DNA of 64,000 nucleotides from an uncultured Candidatus Saccharibacteria bacterium (GCA_964585065.1 CAZPCB010000002.1:166967-230966), one strand, 5' to 3'. Positions 38,540 through 51,069 are shown, numbered from the stretch's first letter. The notes: generated from the letters alone by a model not told the origin. Translations and numbers: made by a program.

Positions 38540-39805
38540 ATGCAAAATAAAAAAGAAAAAGGCTTTACATTATTGGAGATATTACTAGTAATAGCAGTAA
38601 TAGGAATATTAGCAGCTATAGTATTAATTGCTATTAATCCTAATAAACAAATAGCGCAAGCTCGTAATACTGCTAGGAAAGTTGATATTAATACATTAGA
38701 AAAAGCCTTAAGACAATATTCTATAGATAATGCAGGTCAGCTCCCAAATGTAATACTGAATCAATATAAAGTAATTTGTAGACAAGGTATTACTGATCCT
38801 TCTTGTATTAATCTTGATGTTTTGGTACCCACATATATTGCGGCTATTCCTCGGGATACACAATCAAATACTATTAATACAGGATATTCGGTAGCAGTAA
38901 ATCCCAATAATACGAATGTTTCTATTGTTGCAAATTTAGCTGAACAGTTTGTAGAAATTTCAATTAATAAATTTAATGAAGGAAGTGGTGCTTCGGCTTT
39001 ATTAGCAGCTAATTCTTGTCAATCTATTTTGTCTTCTGGATACTCAACTGGAAATGGAGTATATTGGATTAATTTACCTACTTCAGGTGCTACACAGATA
39101 TATTGTCTTATGGATACATTATTTGATGGTGGTGGCTGGATGTTGGCTATGAAAGCTACTCGCGGCACTACATTTAATTACGACTCTGCTCATTGGACTA
39201 CAACAACAACATTAAATCCCACCGATCTAACGAGAAACGATGCGGATGCTAAGTATCATACTATGAACTATTACCCCACCAGGGATTTAATGGCCGTGTG
39301 GCCAGATATCCCAACAGCTGGAGGAAGTATTCCTAATACTGGAAGCTGGACTTGGTTGGAAAAGAATTTTTACAATGGTGGTAATCGAACTACTCCTATA
39401 AATTTCTTTAGCACAATGGGAACATATAATAATGGCGGAACACCTAGTACGGGTGATTATGGCGGCTATTTTATTAAAGACGCTAAGACATTTAGTGGCT
39501 GGGCAAATGGTGTGTTTTCGAGCCAGGTAGATATTAGATTTTATGGATTCAACTTTATCAATCATCCTAATTACGGATTTAATGGTAGAGTCCGTTGGGG
39601 ATTTGGATGGAATGAGAATGGTGAGGGACTATATACTAGTCCTGCTACACTAGCCACCGGCTGGGCACCTGGGTCGGATGACGTAAGTGGTGGTATAGGT
39701 ATGGCAAGTCAATTTGGTAGTTATTCAGCTGGAGATATAATTAACTGCTGTCAAGATAATACAGGTATAAACCGATCCGCTAGAGTTGAATTATATATTA
39801 GATAA
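38540..39805 (+). CDS. Type IV pilin-like protein fused to a fibrinogen-like, Gly/Trp-rich domain
   Basis: EKGFTLLEILLVIA; ANSCQSI..GNGVYWI..QIYCLMD..GGGWML fibrinogen-like start. Confidence 0.85.
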   Translation: MQNKKEKGFTLLEILLVIAVIGILAAIVLIAINPNKQIAQARNTARKVDINTLEKALRQYSIDNAGQLPNVILNQYKVICRQGITDPSCINLDVLVPTYIAAIPRDTQSNTINTGYSVAVNPNNTNVSIVANLAEQFVEISINKFNEGSGASALLAANSCQSILSSGYSTGNGVYWINLPTSGATQIYCLMDTLFDGGGWMLAMKATRGTTFNYDSAHWTTTTTLNPTDLTRNDADAKYHTMNYYPTRDLMAVWPDIPTAGGSIPNTGSWTWLEKNFYNGGNRTTPINFFSTMGTYNNGGTPSTGDYGGYFIKDAKTFSGWANGVFSSQVDIRFYGFNFINHPNYGFNGRVRWGFGWNENGEGLYTSPATLATGWAPGSDDVSGGIGMASQFGSYSAGDIINCCQDNTGINRSARVELYIR

Positions 39806-39814
39806 CAAAATTAT

Positions 39815-41086
39815 ATGGCAAAATTTAAGATTAAAGGAAAGCAATTTGGTAAAAAGGGTTTAATTCCCGTATATGGAGCCAAGAATTCAGCAATAAAATT
39901 ATTACCAGCTACACTCTTGATTGATGGAGTAATAACTCTTCATAATATTCCCGATATTGATGATATTCGCGATATGATTGCGATATTGATTGCACTGGGG
40001 GCAAAGGTAGATAAAATCGCCCAACATTCTTATACTATTGATACCACTACTATTGATAATAATAAAATTCCTATTGAACTTGCAATTAAAATGCGAGCAT
40101 CATTTTTGTTTATTGCTCCATTATTAATTCGTTTTGGAGAAGTTGAATTTCCTCATCCTGGAGGAGATGCAATTGGTCGTAGGCCAATTGATATGACATT
40201 AGAAAGTCTTAGATTAATGGGAGCTGAAGTGATTGAGGATAATCAAAAATATATATTCCGATTACCCAATAAAAGTCTTAAAGGAATAGAATATATATTC
40301 AAATGGATTTCGCATACATCTACAGAGAATTTAATTATGGCGGCGGTAAAGGCAGAAGGGAAGACAATCATTTATAATGCTGCTCTTGAGCCAGAAATTA
40401 CTGCTCTTTGTGATATGTTAAGAGGAGCGGGAGCTCAGATTACTGGAGATGGTACCTCACAAATTGAAATTGAAGGAGTTCAAGAATTATCCTCAGTAGA
40501 ATATACTAATATACCAGATAGACTTGAGGCAGGTACATTTGCAATTTTAGCGGCTCTCACCCGAAGTAATATTATGGTTACTGATATTAATCCTAATCAT
40601 TTGAGAGTATTTTGGAAATTCCTTGATATGGCGGGTATACAATATGAATTAGGGGATGACTTTGTACATATTATTCCTCATCATAATAGCTATAAGGCTC
40701 TACAGCTTAAAACACATGAATATCCTGGTTTTGTAACTGATTTACAAGCCCCATTTACCCTTTTATTAACACAGGCTATTGGTACTTCGGTAGTGCAGGA
40801 GACTATATTTGATGGAAGATTATTTTATACGGATACTTTGAATCAAATGGGTGCTAATATCATTATGTGTGATCCCTATCGCGTAGTAGTAAATGGACCT
40901 ACTCAATTATATGGACGCAAAATAGAAAGCCCTGATGTAAGAGCTGGCATGACATTTTTATTAGCAGCTTTAATTGCTGAGAGAGATAGTGAAATTCATA
41001 ATATTTATCATATTGATAGAGGATATGAGAAAATAGAAGAGCGCCTCACCAATATAGGCTTTGATATTATACGAGAAAATACATAG
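39815..41086 (+). CDS. murA: UDP-N-acetylglucosamine 1-carboxyvinyltransferase
   Basis: GAKNS, MRAS, PGGDAIGRRPID, PDRLEAGT, YPGFVTDLQ, RGYE. Confidence 0.96.
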   Translation: MAKFKIKGKQFGKKGLIPVYGAKNSAIKLLPATLLIDGVITLHNIPDIDDIRDMIAILIALGAKVDKIAQHSYTIDTTTIDNNKIPIELAIKMRASFLFIAPLLIRFGEVEFPHPGGDAIGRRPIDMTLESLRLMGAEVIEDNQKYIFRLPNKSLKGIEYIFKWISHTSTENLIMAAVKAEGKTIIYNAALEPEITALCDMLRGAGAQITGDGTSQIEIEGVQELSSVEYTNIPDRLEAGTFAILAALTRSNIMVTDINPNHLRVFWKFLDMAGIQYELGDDFVHIIPHHNSYKALQLKTHEYPGFVTDLQAPFTLLLTQAIGTSVVQETIFDGRLFYTDTLNQMGANIIMCDPYRVVVNGPTQLYGRKIESPDVRAGMTFLLAALIAERDSEIHNIYHIDRGYEKIEERLTNIGFDIIRENT

Positions 41087-41110
41087 TCTTCTTTTAGGTT
41101 TTTTTACATA

Positions 41111-41476
41111 TTGTCCCTCGCTGGCGAGGGGGGACCACAAAGTGGTGGGTGTGGACCTGATTATGAATAAGATGAGGAATATCATAGACAAAATATGAGT
41201 TATGTAGGGGCGACCTTACAGTCGCCTGTATTCCACCCCGTCCGCCTAAAGGAGACCAACCCCTCAAGAGGGAAATATATAAAAATGTAGTGTTCTAAAT
41301 ATTTCCTGCCTAGGTTGTGGGTATATAGGCCCGCTCTATATCATAAAATACATTGTCCTGAAAATTACCCTCTTGAGGGGTGCCATCTTTGATGGCGGGA
41401 TGGAGGACACTATTGTGTACCTATCTACATTTTAAATTTACCTCTTTGTCTACAAGCTCCTCATCTCAATCTCATA
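41111..41476. repeat. Cluster of palindromic REP/MITE-like repeats
   Basis: Nested inverted repeats (ACCCCTCAAGAGGG 41259-41272 vs CCCTCTTGAGGGGT 41368-41381); GTAGGGGCGAC..GTCGCC hairpin; similarity to 56954-57016. Confidence 0.65.
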
Positions 41477-41518
41477 CAAATTAATCATATATTCATAATT
41501 TCATGATATACTTTCTAT

Positions 41519-43015
41519 ATGTATATGCATAATATTAGTAGAGATAATTTAGAAATTGCCAGTAAACAACTTTGGGATTTTTTGAAACCGTATATATCTT
41601 ATCTTAATTCAGCTGATTTAGAGCAAGTAGAAATTGCTTTTATGCAAATGGTAGAAGCTCATCAGGAGCAAAGACGAAAAAGTGGAGAATATTATATTAC
41701 TCACCCAGTTTCAGCTTGTATTACTTTGGCTGATATGAAATTAGATAGGGACACATTAATTGCAGTATTACTTCATGATGTACCAGAAGACACCGAGGTA
41801 AGCCTAAGACAATTAGAAAAAGTATTTAGTCATGAAGTGATTTTTCTTATTTCAGGAGTAACTAAATTATCTAGTATCAAATATCAAGGAGAAGATAGAT
41901 ATGCCGAGAATTTACGGCGTATGTTTGTTGCTATGAGTCGTGATATTCGGGTTATTTTTATCAAATTAGCTGATAGAATTCATAATCTCGAAACTCTTGA
42001 TGCTCTACCTCTTGATAAGGCTCATCGTATTGCTCTTGAGAGTTTAGAAATATATGCCCCTATTGCCGAGAGATTAGGTATGGGAAAATTTCAAGATAGA
42101 TTAGAGAATTTAAGCTTTCCCTATGCTTACCCTCAAGAATATAAAGCTTTAGTAGATGAGGTAAAGCAAGAATATAATATTCGCCAAAATGTATTAGAAC
42201 ATATTCAAAAGAATATCGAGCATATATTTAATGAAGAAGATATTGAGCATATTAAAATTTATGGAAGAGCAAAAAAATATTATTCTTTGTATAAAAAATT
42301 AGATGCAGGAAAAACCGTAGATGAAGTATATGATTTGATTGCGCTAAGGATTATTACAAAAGATATTGCAACTTGTTATCAAGTATTCTCAATAATTCAA
42401 TCCCATTTTGAGCCTCTCGAGAATCGGGTAAAAGATTATATTGCCAAGCCAAAAGATAATGGATATCAAAGTATTCATACTACTGTTCGAGACAAGGATA
42501 CAGGAACGGTATTTGAAGTACAAATTCGCACGGAGGAAATGCATGAATATTGTGAATATGGAGTTGCATCACATTGGTCGTATAAACAAAAATCAGATAT
42601 AGATACTCATTCTTTTATTGATACAGATAAATTTAAATGGATACAAGATTTAGTTAATTTAGGTAAAGAGCCATTGTCGGAAGAAGAGTATTTACAATAT
42701 GTAAAATTAGATTTATTTCAGGATCAAATTTTTGTTATGACACCAAAGGGGGATGCTATTCGTTTACTTGAAGGTGCTACGGCTCTTGATTTTGCTTTTC
42801 GTATTCATCAAGATATTGGAAGACATGCGAGCCTAGCTAAGGTAAATGGAAGCCCGGTTAAATTATCAGAAAAGTTAAAAAATGGTGATATAGTAGAAAT
42901 TATCACCGATAAAAAACAAAAGCCTCATCGTGATTGGTTGAATATGGTCAAAACTCCTTCAGCAGCTCGTACTATACGCAATAATTTGCGTAAACAGGGG
43001 GTTAAATTGGGATAA
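41519..43015 (+). CDS. RelA/SpoT (p)ppGpp synthetase/hydrolase, C-terminally short
   Basis: RKSGEYYITHP, LLHDVPEDT, KLADRIHN, RVKDYI..PK.NGYQSIHT, EVQIRT, TGS domain. Confidence 0.94.
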   Translation: MYMHNISRDNLEIASKQLWDFLKPYISYLNSADLEQVEIAFMQMVEAHQEQRRKSGEYYITHPVSACITLADMKLDRDTLIAVLLHDVPEDTEVSLRQLEKVFSHEVIFLISGVTKLSSIKYQGEDRYAENLRRMFVAMSRDIRVIFIKLADRIHNLETLDALPLDKAHRIALESLEIYAPIAERLGMGKFQDRLENLSFPYAYPQEYKALVDEVKQEYNIRQNVLEHIQKNIEHIFNEEDIEHIKIYGRAKKYYSLYKKLDAGKTVDEVYDLIALRIITKDIATCYQVFSIIQSHFEPLENRVKDYIAKPKDNGYQSIHTTVRDKDTGTVFEVQIRTEEMHEYCEYGVASHWSYKQKSDIDTHSFIDTDKFKWIQDLVNLGKEPLSEEEYLQYVKLDLFQDQIFVMTPKGDAIRLLEGATALDFAFRIHQDIGRHASLAKVNGSPVKLSEKLKNGDIVEIITDKKQKPHRDWLNMVKTPSAARTIRNNLRKQGVKLG

Positions 43016-43053
43016 ACTATGATATACTAATATAAGAGTAGTTAAGGAATGAT

Positions 43054-44055
43054 ATGGCGAAAAGAATAGGAATAGATTTGGGAACTGCAAATGTACTAGT
43101 ATTTTTACCCAATAAAGGTATTGTAATCAATGAGCCTTCAGTGGTGGCTGTTGATTTATATGATAATACAATTTTAGCTGTAGGAAATCAGGCCAAAGAA
43201 ATGATTGGAAGAACTCCTGATGGAATAAAAGCAGTACGCCCAATTCGAGATGGAGTTATTGCTGATTATCGAATGACAGAAGCTTTGATTGGATATTTAA
43301 TTCAAAAGGTAAGTAGTCGTATTCGTATTTTTCGACCAGATTGTATTATATCGGTTCCGGCTTCCATTACTTCTACCGAAAAAAGAGCGGTAATAGAAGT
43401 TGCTATGAATGTAGGGGCTCGCAATGCTTATGTGGTCAAAGAACCAATTTTAGCAGCCCTTGGAGCTGGTATTCCTATTGATGTCGCATCTGGAAGTATG
43501 GTTATTGATATTGGAGGAGGAACCACTGAGGTGGGAGTTATTTCTCTTGGAGGTATTGTCGCCTTTGCTTCAGCCCGAGTAGCGGGAGACAAATTAACTG
43601 AGGCAATAGTAATGCATATCAAGAAAAAATATAGTCTTGCTATTGGAGAGCAAACAGCAGAGGATATCAAAAAACATCTTGGCTCAGCACTTCCTATTGA
43701 AACCGATACTATGGATATTAGAGGTCGTGATGTATTGACTGGATTACCAAAAAATGTCACAATTACTTCAGAAGAAGTGACAATTGCGATGCAGGCTGAA
43801 CTTCGAGAAATTGTACAAACAGTAAAAAATGTTTTGCAGGATACTCCACCGGAACTGGCTAGTGATATTATTGAAAAAGGTATTGTGATTACAGGTGGTG
43901 GAGCTTTACTCAAAAATATAGCCGAACTTATTTCGAAATCAACAGGTGTGCCTTGTACTATTGCAGAAGATCCACTTTACTGTGTCGCTAAAGGAACAGG
44001 AATTATGCTTGATAGCCTCGATAAATATAAAAGAGTACTTGGACAACAAAGATAA
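43054..44055 (+). CDS. mreB: Rod shape-determining protein MreB
   Basis: IGIDLGTAN, NEPSVVA, DIGGGTTE, TGGGALL. Confidence 0.96.
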   Translation: MAKRIGIDLGTANVLVFLPNKGIVINEPSVVAVDLYDNTILAVGNQAKEMIGRTPDGIKAVRPIRDGVIADYRMTEALIGYLIQKVSSRIRIFRPDCIISVPASITSTEKRAVIEVAMNVGARNAYVVKEPILAALGAGIPIDVASGSMVIDIGGGTTEVGVISLGGIVAFASARVAGDKLTEAIVMHIKKKYSLAIGEQTAEDIKKHLGSALPIETDTMDIRGRDVLTGLPKNVTITSEEVTIAMQAELREIVQTVKNVLQDTPPELASDIIEKGIVITGGGALLKNIAELISKSTGVPCTIAEDPLYCVAKGTGIMLDSLDKYKRVLGQQR

Positions 44056-44069
44056 AAATAATATCCACT

Positions 44070-45158
44070 ATGGTTATTGCTATTGATGCTTCAAAATTAG
44101 AAGTCATACATAAAACAGGTACCGAATATTATGCCGAGACATTAATTCGGGGATTATTACAATCTATCTCAGCCGAGCATAGTATTATTTTGTATTCACA
44201 TAAAGCTTTGCCTCAAGATATATGTGAAATTCACCCCAATACTCAAAATCATCTTATTAGCAATAATTTTCTCTGGACTTTATGGGGGTTGTCTCTTGCC
44301 TTACTCAAAGATAAGCCTAATAGATTTTATACTCCTGCGAGTATTATTCCTCCTATTCATCCCAAGCGAAGTATTATTGTAATACATGGACTTGAATATG
44401 AGGCTTTTCCTCAAGCCTATTCTTTATTCCGATTTTGGCATTTGGCTATATTCACCAAATTATCTGCTCGCTGGGCTTATAAGATTATAACTCCTACCAC
44501 TTCAACCAAAGAAGATTTAGCAAGTGAATATGAGATCAAAGAGAATAAAATTATTGTTATCCCTTCAGGTATACCACAGTCTCAGCAAAAAGATAAGGAT
44601 AGTATTCGACCAGAAATTGAATCATTAGTAAATACCACATATATTTTTGCAATTGGAAGAAAAGAATTACGTAAAAATCTTATTACCCTTATTAAAGCTT
44701 TTGATTTAGTAAAAAAAGATAAGCCAGAATTAAAACTTGTATTGGTAGGAGTTCCAGGATATGGGTATCGCGATATTCTCATGCAAATTAAAAAATCTCC
44801 CTCTAAAAAGGATATTATTGAATTTGATAGAGTGAATAATGCTGAGAAATTAGCATTATATCAGAATGCGAAAGTCTTGGCATATCCTTCTTATTATGAG
44901 GGATTTGGTTTTCCTATTCTGGAGGGCTTACAACAAGGTATTCCTGTTCTTGCTTCTGATATTCCAAGTTCTCGGGAAGTAGGTGCTGATATGATACAAT
45001 ATGTAGAGGTTGACAATATATCCGCCTGGGCAAATTCATTAAAAGAATTATTAGATTTTGAGCCTCAGGAAGAGATAATTACAAAGAGAAAAAAATATAC
45101 CAAGCAATTTAACTTTACAGACACAATTAATAAAACAAAAAATATTATTCTGGAATAA
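44070..45158 (+). CDS. GT4 glycosyltransferase (MtfB-like)
   Basis: TGTEYY, RKNL..LIKAF, YPSYYEGFGFPILEG. Confidence 0.9.
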   Translation: MVIAIDASKLEVIHKTGTEYYAETLIRGLLQSISAEHSIILYSHKALPQDICEIHPNTQNHLISNNFLWTLWGLSLALLKDKPNRFYTPASIIPPIHPKRSIIVIHGLEYEAFPQAYSLFRFWHLAIFTKLSARWAYKIITPTTSTKEDLASEYEIKENKIIVIPSGIPQSQQKDKDSIRPEIESLVNTTYIFAIGRKELRKNLITLIKAFDLVKKDKPELKLVLVGVPGYGYRDILMQIKKSPSKKDIIEFDRVNNAEKLALYQNAKVLAYPSYYEGFGFPILEGLQQGIPVLASDIPSSREVGADMIQYVEVDNISAWANSLKELLDFEPQEEIITKRKKYTKQFNFTDTINKTKNIILE

Positions 45159-45159
45159 T

Positions 45160-45814
45160 ATGCCATCAATACCAAAAAAAATAAATCCTTGGAGAGATAT
45201 TTTATGGTTTAGTATAACAACTATACCTTTATTCTCAGCTTATTATGTAGGTACTGTATATGAGTCGGTTCCGGCTATAGAAATTGCATTAAAAGGATTT
45301 ACTAATACAGGATATCTCCTGATAGGATTTTCACTCTTACTAGGGTCTCTTGCAAAATTCTGGAATTATTTTGATAAGTTTCTCCATTATCGAAAACAGT
45401 TAGGGATAATTGGATTTATCTATATTCTCATACATGGCTTTATCGGGACATTGATTTATGTGCTTCCTACACCGGAAATATTATGGACAAATTATTGGGC
45501 TGTTGCTTTGGGTGTAATTGGACTCTATATATTATTTGTCTGCTATGCAATTTCAGAAATTGTGGTAATACAAAAATTAGGTGCCAAAAATTGGAGACGA
45601 CTTATTCGCTATCTTAGCTATACCGCCTTTATATTTGGTACTATTCATATATATTTAGCCAAATTACCAGTATGGCAAAGTTATATTGGCTCAGAGAGAC
45701 TATTTCCTCCATTATCTCTTATATTATTTAGCTTTGGGCTAGCGGTATTATTATTCCGATTTTATGTTTTTATATATGATACTTTGCATTTAGGGCATAG
45801 TACAGTGAAAGCTG

Positions 45815-45837
<23 letters not shown>
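45160..45837 (+). CDS. Ferric reductase-like transmembrane (MsrQ-like) heme protein
   Basis: YRKQLGIIGFIY..IH, KLG.KNWRRL..LSY, TIH; six TM helices. Confidence 0.75.
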
Positions 45838-48737
<2,900 letters not shown>

Positions 48738-48846
48738 TTGACAATCAAATAGGAATATGAGTATACCATTATAGTTGTATACTCATATTTTGTTAATACT
48801 TTTTGATTCTATATTGCTCATATAGAGGGAATATACTATAATGTAA

Positions 48847-49059
48847 ATGTTCTTTGCTGCAATTGCAGTGATTGAAGACCCTGAGATAGCCTCATTGATT
48901 GCAGCAGCATTGATATGTTTTCATAGGTCTGGATATCGACAAGAGTGGTGGAGAAATTATACGATAAAAGAAGGTAGGGTGTGTTTCAGTATACCAGGAG
49001 AGGCGGAATTTTGTTTTTGTCCTCTGCAGGTAAAGGTTATTGAGGTGAGGAGATATTAG
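48847..49059 (+). CDS. Small hypothetical protein
   Basis: 70-aa ORF with upstream promoter-like motifs and a downstream terminator. Confidence 0.4.
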   Translation: MFFAAIAVIEDPEIASLIAAALICFHRSGYRQEWWRNYTIKEGRVCFSIPGEAEFCFCPLQVKVIEVRRY

Positions 49060-49073
49060 AAATTCTCCCATTT

Positions 49074-49108
49074 AAAACCCAGATGTTTGTGCATCTTGGG
49101 TTTTTTCT
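49074..49108 (+). terminator. Rho-independent terminator
   Basis: AAAACCCAGATG..CATCTTGGGTTTTTT. Confidence 0.7.
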
Positions 49109-49150
49109 TTGCTATACAAAAGGGCTTTTTTTGAGTATAATAAAGCCATT

Positions 49151-49223
49151 GCTCTCATAGTTCAACGGGATAGAACTGAGGACTCCTAAGCCTCCAATCC
49201 AAGTTCGAGTCTTGGTGAGAGCA
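49151..49223 (+). tRNA. tRNA-Arg(CCT)
   Basis: Acceptor stem GCTCTCA/TGAGAGC, D-arm GTTC..GAAC, anticodon loop CTCCTAA, T-loop TTCGAGT. Confidence 0.92.
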
Positions 49224-49274
49224 CATTTTTCAGACCTTTATGATATACTATATCAATACACAGATGAAAGGCAT

Positions 49275-50258
49275 ATGAAGCTAAAAGGAATTTATTGGGT
49301 ATTAGGAATTAGTCTGATTATAATCAGTATAGGTGGTGTTTTTTTAAGTTTAGCCGAGTCAAGTCAAGAGCAAAATGATTTAAGCCAAATTGGGGTATTG
49401 CATCATATTGCTATACAAGGAATGCCGGAGACTCAAATACAAGCAACAACAAAAGTATTAGAGCCCGCTCCTATTTCACGATTCCGTAAATTATCTGATA
49501 ATGTATCAGAGCCTAATTTGACCGCTCAATCAGCCATAGTGGTTGATTTTGCAACAGGAGATATATTATATCAAAAAAATCCCCTAGACCGTCATCAACC
49601 AGCAAGTATTGCCAAATTATTGACAGCAACCGTAGTGGATGATGAGTATGATTGGGGGGCTAATACCTATCTTACTATGACACAAACAGCTTTTGATATA
49701 TATGGAGGGAATTCCCTTCAGGTGGGGGAGAAATTTACTACTGAGGATATTATTAGGGCCGCATTAATGGTATCTAGTAATGACTCAGCAGAATTATTGG
49801 CTGAAAGTTTTGGAGGTGTAGAAAATTTTGTTGCTAAAATGAATAAAAAAGCTCAGGATTTAAAAATGGATCAAAGTCAATTTTTTAATGCTCATGGACT
49901 TGATGCAAAACCAGTAAGTAATTATAGCACAGCTGCTGATTTAATTAAATTAATTCAATACATGTATGATAATGACCCTGAACTCATAGATGTATTGCAG
50001 CAAAAAGAAACATTTATACAATCAGAATCAGGACAATCTATTCGATTAGGGAATACCAATGAATTATTAGGTGTTATGCCAGAAATGTTAGTAGCAAAAA
50101 CAGGGCTGACTGATGAGGCTGGGGAGACATTAAGTTCAGTGGTATCAATACAAAATCGTATTCTTGGTATTGTGGTTTTGCAGTCAGGTATTGGGGGCTA
50201 TCGTTTTCAAGACACTAAAAGTCTGATAAAATGGGTAGAAGATAACTATTCGATATGA
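49275..50258 (+). CDS. D-alanyl-D-alanine carboxypeptidase (peptidase S11)
   Basis: N-terminal TM; ASIAK (SxxK), SSN (SxN), KTG; start reset so the ORF does not overlap the tRNA. Confidence 0.9.
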   Translation: MKLKGIYWVLGISLIIISIGGVFLSLAESSQEQNDLSQIGVLHHIAIQGMPETQIQATTKVLEPAPISRFRKLSDNVSEPNLTAQSAIVVDFATGDILYQKNPLDRHQPASIAKLLTATVVDDEYDWGANTYLTMTQTAFDIYGGNSLQVGEKFTTEDIIRAALMVSSNDSAELLAESFGGVENFVAKMNKKAQDLKMDQSQFFNAHGLDAKPVSNYSTAADLIKLIQYMYDNDPELIDVLQQKETFIQSESGQSIRLGNTNELLGVMPEMLVAKTGLTDEAGETLSSVVSIQNRILGIVVLQSGIGGYRFQDTKSLIKWVEDNYSI

Positions 50259-51019
50259 TTATAACTGTTACGAATCAGAAGGGGGGTACAGGAAAAACAA
50301 CTACAAGTATTAATCTAGCTTCATATTTAGCAAAATTAGGAAAAAAAGTGTTATTAGTAGATCTTGATCCCCAAAGTAATGCTACCAGTGGGCTTGGTTT
50401 TGAACTGGGAAATAAAGCTGGATTATATGAATTAATGATGGATGAGAATATTCCTTTAAGTCATAGCATTCATACGACTCGTTCTTCCAAATTAGATATT
50501 ATTGCAGGAACACCTGATGTTGCTGGAATTGGAGTCGAGCTGGTGAATATGCCAAGACGAGAATATGTATTAATGGATCAATTACAAAGCCTTAATCATT
50601 TATATGATTATATTATTATTGATTCTCCTCCAAGTTTAGGACTATTAACTATAAATGGATTGGTTGCTGCTGATAAAATTATTATTCCTGTACAATGTGA
50701 ATATTATGCATTAGAAGGATTAGGGCAATTACTAGAAACTATTCAATTAATTGCAGATAACTTGAAACCCGATTTATCGGTACTCGGAGCCGTGCTTACT
50801 ATGTATGATAGACGTAATAGATTATCAGCTATGGTAGCAAAAGAAGTAAGTAAATTTTTCCCAGGCTATGTATTTGATACTGTAATACCTCGTAATGTAA
50901 GTCTTTCAGAGGCTCCAAGTTTTGGAAAAGCAATTCATGATTATGCACCTTTATCCAAGGGTTCATTTGCATATCGTAAATTAGCTCAAGAACTTATTAA
51001 AATTACCAATAAGGGATAA
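50255..51019 (+). CDS. parA: Chromosome partitioning ATPase ParA/Soj
   Basis: NQKGGTGKTT, DLDPQSNATSGLG, DSPPSLG, QCEYYALEG. Confidence 0.95.
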   Translation: MIITVTNQKGGTGKTTTSINLASYLAKLGKKVLLVDLDPQSNATSGLGFELGNKAGLYELMMDENIPLSHSIHTTRSSKLDIIAGTPDVAGIGVELVNMPRREYVLMDQLQSLNHLYDYIIIDSPPSLGLLTINGLVAADKIIIPVQCEYYALEGLGQLLETIQLIADNLKPDLSVLGAVLTMYDRRNRLSAMVAKEVSKFFPGYVFDTVIPRNVSLSEAPSFGKAIHDYAPLSKGSFAYRKLAQELIKITNKG

Positions 51020-51069
51020 TTTTCAAATAATTAACTATATGGTATACTGAATATAGTTAATATGAATAT

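Noticed and set aside
43428-43913. 161-aa antisense ORF within mreB, and similar short shadow ORFs in the track (for example 28697-29104 and 39287-39565)
   Set aside because: They lie wholly or largely opposite or inside well-supported genes and have no recognisable motifs; they are expected codon-bias artefacts.
49177-49196. A-G mismatch at the base of the tRNA-Arg anticodon stem as a sign of a pseudo-tRNA
   Set aside because: All other arms are intact; a single mismatch is not enough evidence.
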